Source of the DNA: a virus
Taxonomy: Duplodnaviria > Caudoviricetes
Strand: one strand, 5' to 3'
DNA length: 63,932 nt
Virus record (IMG/VR): IMGVR_UViG_3300037070_001552
Coordinates: 1-63,932 of that record
The notes beneath the pieces are model-generated. The model searched no databases. It saw only the letters and a list, made by a program, of their open reading frames with translations, and had not been told where the DNA came from. Below are positions 52,355 to 61,360 of this stretch, piece after piece. Positions within the stretch are counted from its first letter, which is position 1. Each line of letters starts with the position of its first letter. The translations under genes and the position numbers were made by a program.

Positions 52355-55177
52355 ATGGCTATTGGCCTCATGGCGGTAAGCAACTTCGCCTCCGGGTCAA
52401 CGTCGGTCGGAGTTCCATACCCGACTGGGCCAATCGCTGGCGAGATGTTCGTCATGACGATCGCTACCAAGCCGACGACCGCCACGCTCGTGGTGCCCTC
52501 CGGCTGGACGCTCAGGGCTGACTACTCGAGCACGTTCGGGACGCACGGCAATGGCACGGGGCCTCAGCGGATGTGGGTTCTCACCAAGCCCACGGTGGGC
52601 GGGGAGTCCGGCACGGTGGCGGTGACCATCACCGGCGGCAACGCGAGCGTCGGCATGATGACGTCGATCTCCTCACCTACGACGGGCAACTATTTCTTCA
52701 AGTTCGCCGTCGGTGAGGACACCACCAGCGGCACGGCATTCTCTGCAGTCTGTACTCCTGTGAGTGGAGACGCCGCCGGGTGGGTGAAGGCGGGCATGAA
52801 GGGCCTTGTCTGGGCGGCCAAGATGGACGACGTGGGCACCTACTCGGCGCACACGCTTACTTCGCCCGGGCTCACCCTGACTTGTACCGAAGCAGCTGAA
52901 CCGTTCACCACCACCGGCTTCGACATCGCGACCGCCCTCTGCACCAGCGGCACGATAACTGGCACTCAGACCGGCCCGAACCTCACCTACAGTGCCACCC
53001 TGGGTGCGGCCGGATACGGCGGCGTCATCGTCATCATCATGCACGATGTGGACTGGGCCACCACATACACTTCCGACCCCGCTGACTCGCTCCCGCTCTC
53101 GGATGCCGTCACCACCCTGGTCACCGCTGAGCGCTCGGCCGCAGATCCTCTCGGCCTGAGCGACTCGCTCACTGTGGGGCAGGGGTTCAACCGCACCATC
53201 ACCGACCCGCTCGGCATGAGCGATTCGCTCACTGTTACTCAGATCTTCGACCGCACCATCACCGACTCCATCGGTCTCGCTGATTCGCTCACCCCGGATC
53301 TGTCCGTCGGTGGCACGATCTACAACAAGAGCCAGGATGACAACCTGGGGCTGAGCGATTCGCTCACAGCTGCGGCGAGCGCCGCTCGTTCACAGGCTGA
53401 TCCTCTCGGGCTGACTGACGCGCTGACTGCTGCTCAGATCTTCCAGCGCCTGCCGGCTGACGCGCTCGGACTGAGCGATGCTCTCACCACCCTGCTGACC
53501 AGGAGTATCGTGCTCGGCGATCCGATGGGGATCTCCGACGCGCTCACGGCGGCGCTATCTATGCCTCGATCCGTGTCGGATGCGATCGGCCTGGCCGACT
53601 CCCTGGGAGCGGTTCAGTCGCTCGGCCGCTCCCAGGGTGATGCTTTCGGCCTGTCGGACTCGCTGACGGCCGCGACCAGCACTCAGCGCACGGTCGCCGA
53701 CCCGCTCGGAATGACCGACTCGCTGACGGTGGCGGCGTCTGCCGGCCGATCGGTAGACGACGCGCTGCCGATGAGCGATGCCCTCACGGCCAGTCAGGTT
53801 CTCGAGCGCGCGGTCTCCGATGCTCTCGGTCTAGCCGACTCGCTCACCGCGGATCTCATCGTCGAGGGCGCCTGTGGCTGGCCGTTCGCGTGGCCCGGCC
53901 CGGGTCAGCCGTGGTGTGGGACTATCCCGATCGAGTTGACTCAGGACGACCCGCTCGTTCTGAGCGACACGCTGACCACCCTGCTCACTGCGCAGCGCAG
54001 CATCGCCGACCCGCTCGGCCTCACGGACGCTCTCACCGTCTCGACGAGCGCAGCTCGGAACATCGCGGACCCCCTCGGCCTGGCAGACAGCCTCACCGCG
54101 TCGACGAGCAGCTCGCGGACCATCGCCGACACGCTGGGGCTGAGCGACAGCCTCACCGCCGCCGCCGCCTCGAGCCGTACGATCACGGACCCCTTGGGCC
54201 TGGCCGACTCCCTCACCTGGGCTGCTACCGCAAGCCGGCCGCTTGCCGATCCCCTGGGCATGGGCGACGTGCTCACCCGCGCGCTGTCCGCGAGCCGCTC
54301 GATCGCCGACCCGCTGGCTCTGACGGACTCGCTGACCACGCTCTCCCAGTCGAGTCGGACCATCGCCGACACGATGGGCATGACCGACTCGCTCATCGCA
54401 GAGCGCTTCGGTTCCGGCCAGGCGACGATCGCCGAGGACTATGTGCTCGGCGACTCGCTGACGACGGCGGCGACCGCCCCGCGCCAGCTGGCCGATCCGC
54501 TCGCACTCACCGACTCGCTCACTGCAGCGCAGATCTTCCCGCGCACGGTCGCCGATCCGCTGGGACTGAGCGACGCGCTCACGCGTGCGGCGACTGCAGC
54601 TCGAGTGATCGCCGACCCCTTCGGTCTTGCGGACTCCCTCACGGTCACCATGACCCGGGCGATCCTGATCACCGATCCGCTCGCACTCACCGACTCGCTG
54701 ACGGTCAGCGCCACTCGCCCCCGCGTGATCACCGACCCGCTGGGTCTGACTGACTCTCTGACCGTGGCGGCATCCGCGACACGTCCGCTGGCGGATCCGC
54801 TGACGCTCGAGGACGAGCTCGAGGCGATGATCGAGGCCGATCGCCAGATCGCCGACGCCATGGGGATGAGCGACTCGCTCACCGTCGAGATCTTCCGCGT
54901 GTACGAGGTGGAGATCGCCGACGACTTCGGGCTGACCGACGAGCTCACCGGCCAGGCGGTCGGGGAGTTCTGCTACCCGGTCGTGATGACGCTGCGCGCC
55001 ATCGCTCCCAGGCTGACTCTCGCACCCGATTCGCCGACATTGATCCTGACGCCACAGGGGCCGAATGCTACCCTTCTGGCAGAGTCGCACGCATGGATTC
55101 TCGTACCGCGCGCCCCGGATCTTTCGCTGGAACCGCAGGCACCGAAGATGGGACTTGAGGTGATCGAATGCCAATGA
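52355..55177 (+). CDS. 940-aa fibre-like protein with about 30 20-aa repeats
   Basis: Repeat consensus DPLGLSDSLTxxxxxxRxIA over about 53084-54949. Confidence 0.8.
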   Translation: MAIGLMAVSNFASGSTSVGVPYPTGPIAGEMFVMTIATKPTTATLVVPSGWTLRADYSSTFGTHGNGTGPQRMWVLTKPTVGGESGTVAVTITGGNASVGMMTSISSPTTGNYFFKFAVGEDTTSGTAFSAVCTPVSGDAAGWVKAGMKGLVWAAKMDDVGTYSAHTLTSPGLTLTCTEAAEPFTTTGFDIATALCTSGTITGTQTGPNLTYSATLGAAGYGGVIVIIMHDVDWATTYTSDPADSLPLSDAVTTLVTAERSAADPLGLSDSLTVGQGFNRTITDPLGMSDSLTVTQIFDRTITDSIGLADSLTPDLSVGGTIYNKSQDDNLGLSDSLTAAASAARSQADPLGLTDALTAAQIFQRLPADALGLSDALTTLLTRSIVLGDPMGISDALTAALSMPRSVSDAIGLADSLGAVQSLGRSQGDAFGLSDSLTAATSTQRTVADPLGMTDSLTVAASAGRSVDDALPMSDALTASQVLERAVSDALGLADSLTADLIVEGACGWPFAWPGPGQPWCGTIPIELTQDDPLVLSDTLTTLLTAQRSIADPLGLTDALTVSTSAARNIADPLGLADSLTASTSSSRTIADTLGLSDSLTAAAASSRTITDPLGLADSLTWAATASRPLADPLGMGDVLTRALSASRSIADPLALTDSLTTLSQSSRTIADTMGMTDSLIAERFGSGQATIAEDYVLGDSLTTAATAPRQLADPLALTDSLTAAQIFPRTVADPLGLSDALTRAATAARVIADPFGLADSLTVTMTRAILITDPLALTDSLTVSATRPRVITDPLGLTDSLTVAASATRPLADPLTLEDELEAMIEADRQIADAMGMSDSLTVEIFRVYEVEIADDFGLTDELTGQAVGEFCYPVVMTLRAIAPRLTLAPDSPTLILTPQGPNATLLAESHAWILVPRAPDLSLEPQAPKMGLEVIECQ

Positions 55178-55470
55178 CAGTCAGGCAGGGCGATACGCAC
55201 GCCGTTTACTGGCAGGTGCTCGACGACGGATCGCCGATCGACCTGACTGGCATGACCGCTGAGATCCACCTCCGGCCGGCCAAGGGTGGCACCGCGCTCG
55301 AGTTGCCGGCGGTCGTGGATGCCATCGAGCAGCGGATCAAGCACACGCTCACGGGGGCCCTGGTCCCGGGCACCTATCTCCTCGAGATCGAGCTCACCAA
55401 GGACGGCGTGATCGCGACCGCCCCCACCGCAGCGAACGACACCCTCACCGTCGTAGCGCAGATCGCGTAG
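55174..55470 (+). CDS. BppU N-terminal-like domain protein
   Basis: VRQGDT...PIDLTG...GTYLLEIE...TAP. Confidence 0.6.
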   Translation: MTVRQGDTHAVYWQVLDDGSPIDLTGMTAEIHLRPAKGGTALELPAVVDAIEQRIKHTLTGALVPGTYLLEIELTKDGVIATAPTAANDTLTVVAQIA

Positions 55471-55478
55471 GAGTCCTC

Positions 55479-56309
55479 ATGCTTGTCTGCTACCCACCCG
55501 GCGCCGATTGGAGCTGCGCGTACGACGATGGCGAGTTCGCCGGTCTCGATGCGACCAACGTCGAGATCGCCGAAGCATCCGCGTGGCTCGCGCTCACCTC
55601 GCTCACCGGCGGGCAGATCGCATTCTGTCCCGTCACCGTGCGCCCGTGCCGTGCCGGCTGCGCCGCGCCCGGCACATGGATGATCGCCCCGGTGCTGGCA
55701 TCGGGCAGCTTCGCGGGTGTGCGACCGGGGATCTATTCGGGCTTCGCGCCCTACGTGTCGGCATCCGGCGCCTGGGTCAATTCGTGCGGGTGCGCGCCGG
55801 CAGACTGCGGATGCTCGGCTCTGTCCGAGGTGATCCTGCCAGGCCCGGTCGGCGCCATCGTCGAGGTATGGCTCGACGGGGCAGCGCTGGACCCCGACGC
55901 CTATCGCGTGGACAACAGCAATCGACTCGTGCGCACGGACGGCGAGGCGTGGCCGGCATGCCAGGATCTCGGCGAGGACGCGCACGGCGCCTCGGCATTC
56001 TCGGTCACCTACTACCGCGGTGCGGCGCCCGACAACCTCATCCTGCGTGCCGTCGGTCTGCTCGCCGTCGAGTTCTACAAGGGCTGCACGGGCCAGGAGT
56101 GCGCACTGCCGTCCAACGCGATCGCTGTCTCGAGGCAGGGGATCTCGATGGAGATCCAGGCGGGGCTGTTCCCTGGCGGCAAGACCAACCTCCCGGTCGT
56201 GGACAACCTCATTCAGACCTACAACCCTTTCGGGCTCGTCGTCGCTCCGGTGATCGCGTCGCCTGACACGATCCGCCGGCAGCCTCGCGTCACCACGTGG
56301 GGGGCGTGA
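55479..56309 (+). CDS. Head-to-tail adaptor
   Basis: CPVTVRPC, WPACQD, VSRQGISM, NP; AGGAG RBS. Confidence 0.75.
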   Translation: MLVCYPPGADWSCAYDDGEFAGLDATNVEIAEASAWLALTSLTGGQIAFCPVTVRPCRAGCAAPGTWMIAPVLASGSFAGVRPGIYSGFAPYVSASGAWVNSCGCAPADCGCSALSEVILPGPVGAIVEVWLDGAALDPDAYRVDNSNRLVRTDGEAWPACQDLGEDAHGASAFSVTYYRGAAPDNLILRAVGLLAVEFYKGCTGQECALPSNAIAVSRQGISMEIQAGLFPGGKTNLPVVDNLIQTYNPFGLVVAPVIASPDTIRRQPRVTTWGA

Positions 56310-56848
56310 TGGCATTCGTAGAGGACGTTGATGTCTACCCGATCATGCAAGAGCTGCTCGGGTGCCTCTGCGAAGAGATCGCGAGGTCTGGGCTGCCGGC
56401 CCCTTGTCGCTGTGAGTTGAAGCCCGGCGCGACCTACGCGCTGGACTTCGGCCCCAGTGATTCCGCGAAGGGGAACGGCCAGGCATGGGTTCGCCTGGTC
56501 GCAGCTGGTGCGACGTTCCCGGGAGACATCGGGGATCAGCAGGCGCCACTTCTGCTCACCACGCGGTGCAACGCACCGGCCGCGTACGAGCTCGAGGTGG
56601 GGATCTCTCGCTGCGTCACCCTCGGCACCACGGTGAACAACCGCTACATCCCGCCGGCGGCGGATGCCGAAGCGGAGGACACCCGGCTGCAGATCGCCGA
56701 CATGGCGGCCATGAAGCGCGCGGTGCTGTGCTGCCTCAAGGACAAGCTCGGCCCCGACGCAGAGATCGGGCTCGGCATCTACCAGCCGCTCGACATTCAG
56801 GGCGGCGTCGGTGGCGGCACCTGGCAGGTATTCGTTCGGAGGTCGTGA
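56309..56848 (+). CDS. Putative tail terminator
   Basis: GQAWVRL, LEVGISRC, QGGVGGG.W; position in module. Confidence 0.6.
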   Translation: MAFVEDVDVYPIMQELLGCLCEEIARSGLPAPCRCELKPGATYALDFGPSDSAKGNGQAWVRLVAAGATFPGDIGDQQAPLLLTTRCNAPAAYELEVGISRCVTLGTTVNNRYIPPAADAEAEDTRLQIADMAAMKRAVLCCLKDKLGPDAEIGLGIYQPLDIQGGVGGGTWQVFVRRS

Positions 56849-57312
56849 TGGCGAACGTGCTCGTCGTCGCCACGGTCGACAACCGTGCACTCGCCACTCT
56901 CGTCTCCGGCGAGGGCTCGCGCTACGTGAACAACCAGATGGACGCCGGCAAGCGCGCGGCCATCGCGCGCGCACCGACCGGACCCTCGCGGTTCCCCACC
57001 GGCCACGTTCCCGGCAATCTCAAGCGCTCGCACTTCCGCAACGGTGTGCGCATGGAGGGCCCCTACCGCGGTGTCGGCTCGGTGATCAACAACGCCAGCT
57101 ATGCCGCCGTCGTGCACGAGGGGTACGCCGGCAAGATCTTCCCGAAGCGTGGCTACTTCAAGATCCCGGCCTCGAGCTTCCAGCACTACGGTGCCGGCCT
57201 CGCGGCTCGCGTGAACAAGGACGGCTACATTCGCTGGAAGAACGCGGTCAACGGCCAGAAGGGCAACCCCTGGCTTCGCGACGCGATGGAGGATGTGCTC
57301 GGTCGCGGATGA
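56848..57312 (+). CDS. HK97 gp10-like neck protein
   Basis: GNLKRS, YAAVVHEG, GQKGNPWLRDA. Confidence 0.65.
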   Translation: MANVLVVATVDNRALATLVSGEGSRYVNNQMDAGKRAAIARAPTGPSRFPTGHVPGNLKRSHFRNGVRMEGPYRGVGSVINNASYAAVVHEGYAGKIFPKRGYFKIPASSFQHYGAGLAARVNKDGYIRWKNAVNGQKGNPWLRDAMEDVLGRG

Positions 57313-57328
57313 GTGTATTCTGTGCCCC

Positions 57329-57775
57329 ATGGTGTTCGAATTTCAGGTAGCAGCAAAGTCTCAGGTCGCCGACGAAACAGAGCTCGAGGAGGGTGAGGCT
57401 CCCAAGCCCGCCGTTGAGTTCGACATCCTCGGTCAGACGTTCAAGGCCGACAAGCCCACCCCCGGACGGGTCAACGTTCTGTTCTCTGCGCGCGGTGGCG
57501 TCGAGGGCACCCGCGAGGTGTGGAACTTCCTGCGCGATGTGCTTTGGGATGACGGGTATCAGCGTCTGCGCGATCTCGTCGCGAATGGCGAGTTCCCCCC
57601 GCAGCTTCTCTTCGGAGGTGACGAGCTGAACGAGGAGGGCGTGGTGGATCACATCATTTCGGCGACGGCCGGCCGCCCTACGCAACCGTCGAACGGCTCC
57701 TCGCCATCGCCGAGCAGCACTGGGGTGCGATCGACGGGTCGCTCGCGCTCAGCAACGTCGACCCCCTCAAGCTGA
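57329..57775 (+). CDS. Tail assembly chaperone (short form)
   Basis: Precedes tape measure; ends GRPT plus Ser-rich tail; leaderless-type start. Confidence 0.75.
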   Translation: MVFEFQVAAKSQVADETELEEGEAPKPAVEFDILGQTFKADKPTPGRVNVLFSARGGVEGTREVWNFLRDVLWDDGYQRLRDLVANGEFPPQLLFGGDELNEEGVVDHIISATAGRPTQPSNGSSPSPSSTGVRSTGRSRSATSTPSS

Positions 57776-57963
57776 GCCTGCACCGATATATCAACCTCCT
57801 CTGGCACTGGTCCATCCAGCGCGTCGAGAAGGACAAGCTCGATCAGTGGCTCATGTACATGGACGCGCCCCGTCGCGGTTCTAGGGGTGTGACGGCTAGA
57901 GTGTCGCAGAGTACGATCGACGAAGAAATGGCGCTATTCGAGCAGGCACAGCGCAACTTGTAG
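57676..57963 (+). CDS. Tail assembly chaperone -1 frameshift extension
   Basis: Open -1 frame with no early start: PYATVERLLAIAEQHWGAIDG...QRNL*. Confidence 0.65.
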   Translation, partial: PYATVERLLAIAEQHWGAIDGSLALSNVDPLKLSLHRYINLLWHWSIQRVEKDKLDQWLMYMDAPRRGSRGVTARVSQSTIDEEMALFEQAQRNL

Positions 57964-57972
57964 CCCGAGGGG

Positions 57973-60900
57973 GTGGCCGTGACCACGATCGGACGCGTCG
58001 AGTTCATCGTCGGTCTCGACGGTAACCGGCTTCCGGCGCAGGCACGGCGTCTCGCACGTCAGATGGAGCAGGCTGGCCGACGTGCCGGCGACGGCTTCTC
58101 GGACGCCTTCGAAGGGCGCTTCGACGAGAACCTCTCACGCATCGGTGGGCGCTTCGCCAGCAAGCTCAGCGACGCCGGCAAGCTGGCCGGCTCCACCTTC
58201 TCGGACGACTTCTCCGACGTGGTGCAGACGCGGTTCCGTCGCATCCAGCAGAACCTCGCCGAAGTGCTCTCCGACAAGGACTCCTTCGCGGACTACGCGC
58301 GCGGGTTCAACAACGTCGGCGAGGCAGTCGAATCGCTCGAGTCCGATCTCGGCCGGCTGCGCGAGGAGACGGTCAAGTACACCGACGCCAACGGCAAGAC
58401 CCGCGAGCGCTTGGTCCTCACCGCGCAGCAAGCGCGCGACTTCGGCACCGAGATCCGTCGACTCGGCGGCGAGACGACGGTCCTGCTCGAGAAGGAAAAC
58501 GCGCTCGCCGAGGCGACGCGGGATCTCGAGGCCAACTATGCGCGCCTGGTGCGGACGGTCGGCGACAGCGACGCCTTCTCGCAGATGGCCGATCGCGTCG
58601 GCGGCACGGATGTCGCATTCAAGCGGCTGCGCCAGGAGATCATCGACACCGGCACCACGATGGGCCGGTCGCAGATCGAGATCGAGGAGTACGTCGACCG
58701 ACTCGACCGCACCAAGACATCCGTCGACCGGGTGAACGACAGCATGAACGTGCTGGACGAGCGAGGCAGTCGACTCGATCGCATGTTCATCGCCCTCGGC
58801 AAGACGATCGTCAAGCCGTGGAACATGCTCGAGCGCGACGTGAAGCTCGTGATCGGCCTGATCGCGTCGGCCGCGGATCAGGTCGCAGTACTCGGATCGA
58901 CCGCGGGCGCCGGACTGATCGCGCTGGGAGGTGCAGCCGCTCAGGGCATCATCGGAGTCGGTGGTCTCGCAGCCGTATTCGTGACGCTGGGCAAGGAAGT
59001 CGACGAGCTGCCACCCCACCTGCAGGATGTGGCACGCGAGTTCGGCACCTTCAAGGGCACGCTCACGGATGTGCGCGAGATCATTTCGTCGGCCGCGTTC
59101 CGTCAGATGAACGGCGTGTTCGAGGATCTCTCCGAGTCGGTCACGGTGCTCGAGCCCGAATTCCGCCGGCTCGGCGAATCGGTCGGCAACGTGTTCGACG
59201 ACTTCGCCACGGCGGTACGCCCGGGCACGCAGGCGCTCGAGGAGATCGCGCAGCTCGTCGACAACAGCGGTGAGGGATTCGAGCGACTGGCCGGCATCGC
59301 TGGCACCCTCGGCCTCTCGCTGATCCGGGCATTCAACGGCGCGCAGCCTCTGATCGAGGATCTATACGGCTGGATGGAACGGCTGACCGATCAGTTCGAT
59401 GCCTTCACGCAGAGCAACAGCTTCGATCAGTGGATCGCCTCGGCGCAGAACGTGTTCGGCAGCTTCGGTGGGCTGCTCGACGAGGTGGGTCGCGGACTGA
59501 ACAACCTCGCCTCGCCGGCGGCGGTACAGCGCACGACGCAGCTGCTGGACAACCTCGCCGAGTTCATCCCGAATCTGACGGCGATGCTCGACATCCTCGG
59601 CCGACTCGACCCGCTCGGCCTGCTCGCGCAGCTGCTGAACGACGTGGGTCAGGCGCTCGAGCCGCTCGCGGGACCGACGGGGGAGCTCGCGGAGCAGCTG
59701 AACCGCCTGGTCGGCATCGGCATCGAGCAGTTCGCACAGGGGCTCGAGGCGCTCGCCATCGCGCTCGCACCCGTCGTCACCGGCATGGCCGCACTGATCG
59801 AGGTGATCCCGGACGAGGCCCTCGGCCTACTGTCCGGTGCACTGATCGCAGCGGCGGGCGCGTTCCTGATCTTCCGAGGAGCGCAGGGCGTGATGGGCGC
59901 AGTCGGCGCACTCGACGCTTTCATCGGCAAGACGGCCGCCGCGGCGGGAGCGTCGACGGCCGCAGCCGGAAAGATCTCGGCCGGGCTCGGACGTGCCGGC
60001 CTGATCGGCGCCGCGATCGTCGGCACACTGGCTCTCGCCGAGGGACTGGACAACCTCTACGACAGCGCGACCAACCTCGACGACCGCACGCGCGGCCTGG
60101 TCGCCGGCAACGCCTCGCTGGCGACCGCGTACGAGGAGCTCGGCAGCTCGGTGTTCGGCGTGCTCACCCCGCTCACCGACACCAAGACCGCGCTCGACAA
60201 CCTGACCGGCAGTGGAGTCGAGGGCATGATCGGCTCGCTCGGCAACGCCTTCCAGGCCGGGGGCACTCAGGCGAACGCCCTCTCGCAGACGCTCGGCGAT
60301 CTCAGCCCGCAGATCGCGGCGCTCGCCATGACGGATCTGCCGGCCGCATCGAGCCAGTTCAACGCATGGGCCACCGAGCTCGGAGCGACCGACGCTCAGG
60401 TCATGAACATGCTGAACACCATGCCGGAGTTCAAGCAGGTGCTCATCGACACCGCGCTCGCCACGGGGCTCGCCGCTACGGATGCGAATCTCCTGGCGCT
60501 GGCAATGGGCGAGAGCGTTGGACCCACGGAGGCCGCGCGCTCTGGCATCGAGCTCGTCGGCGCCGCAGCTGGACTCAGCGCCGAGACGATCTCGGAGCTC
60601 TCCGACCGCATCCGCAACTTCGGTGACACGCAGATCTCCACGATCGAGGCCACCTCGGCATTCGAGGGGGCGATCGACGCTCTGACCGAATCGTTCGCGG
60701 CCAACGGAGTGACGATCGACCTGAACACCGAGCAGGGTCGCGCCAACATGGATCAGCTGCTCGAGGGCATCCAGGGTGCGAAGGACCACGCCGCGGCCGT
60801 GTACGACGAGACCGGCAGCATCGAGGGCGCGAACGCCGTACTCGCGACGCAGAAGCAGCGACTGATCGACACGATCAAGGAGCTCGACTCGGCCGGCTAC

Positions 60901-61356
60901 GAGGCCGGGCTATACACCGACGTGCTCAACACGATCCCGGACAGCGTGCTCACCGAAGCAGAGCTTGCCGGCGTCGCCGCTGCAGAGGCTCAGCTGAACA
61001 ACCTCGCCCGCGCGCGGTCGGTGCGCCTGCAGATCGCTGTCGAGGGTGGCGGCTACATCCCAGGCGTCCCGCGCCCGATGGCGTCCGGTGGCATCCTGAA
61101 CCAGCCGACTCACGTGTACGCGGGTGAGGCTGGCCGCGAGGCGTTCGTGCCGCTGGATCGTCCGCTCTCTCAGGTCGACCCCTCGGTGCGCTGGCTGTCG
61201 GCTATCGCGCAGGGCAAGAGCAATCAGATGGCATCCGGCGGCGTCGTCGGTGGGGGCAACAAGATCGAGAAGATCGAGATCACGGTGATCTCTCCTGATC
61301 CAGATCGCGCCGGCGACAGCGTGCTGCGCGCCCTGAGCGAGAACATCAACGGGTGA
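57973..61356 (+). CDS. Tape measure protein
   Basis: 1127 aa, helical Ala/Leu-rich; MASGG, GEAGREAFVPL. Confidence 0.9.
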   Translation: MAVTTIGRVEFIVGLDGNRLPAQARRLARQMEQAGRRAGDGFSDAFEGRFDENLSRIGGRFASKLSDAGKLAGSTFSDDFSDVVQTRFRRIQQNLAEVLSDKDSFADYARGFNNVGEAVESLESDLGRLREETVKYTDANGKTRERLVLTAQQARDFGTEIRRLGGETTVLLEKENALAEATRDLEANYARLVRTVGDSDAFSQMADRVGGTDVAFKRLRQEIIDTGTTMGRSQIEIEEYVDRLDRTKTSVDRVNDSMNVLDERGSRLDRMFIALGKTIVKPWNMLERDVKLVIGLIASAADQVAVLGSTAGAGLIALGGAAAQGIIGVGGLAAVFVTLGKEVDELPPHLQDVAREFGTFKGTLTDVREIISSAAFRQMNGVFEDLSESVTVLEPEFRRLGESVGNVFDDFATAVRPGTQALEEIAQLVDNSGEGFERLAGIAGTLGLSLIRAFNGAQPLIEDLYGWMERLTDQFDAFTQSNSFDQWIASAQNVFGSFGGLLDEVGRGLNNLASPAAVQRTTQLLDNLAEFIPNLTAMLDILGRLDPLGLLAQLLNDVGQALEPLAGPTGELAEQLNRLVGIGIEQFAQGLEALAIALAPVVTGMAALIEVIPDEALGLLSGALIAAAGAFLIFRGAQGVMGAVGALDAFIGKTAAAAGASTAAAGKISAGLGRAGLIGAAIVGTLALAEGLDNLYDSATNLDDRTRGLVAGNASLATAYEELGSSVFGVLTPLTDTKTALDNLTGSGVEGMIGSLGNAFQAGGTQANALSQTLGDLSPQIAALAMTDLPAASSQFNAWATELGATDAQVMNMLNTMPEFKQVLIDTALATGLAATDANLLALAMGESVGPTEAARSGIELVGAAAGLSAETISELSDRIRNFGDTQISTIEATSAFEGAIDALTESFAANGVTIDLNTEQGRANMDQLLEGIQGAKDHAAAVYDETGSIEGANAVLATQKQRLIDTIKELDSAGYEAGLYTDVLNTIPDSVLTEAELAGVAAAEAQLNNLARARSVRLQIAVEGGGYIPGVPRPMASGGILNQPTHVYAGEAGREAFVPLDRPLSQVDPSVRWLSAIAQGKSNQMASGGVVGGGNKIEKIEITVISPDPDRAGDSVLRALSENING

Positions 61357-61360
61357 TGAC

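Noticed and set aside
53084-54949. DNA tandem repeat or diversity-generating element
   Set aside because: Conservation is at protein level with synonymous divergence; no reverse transcriptase or template/variable repeat pair seen
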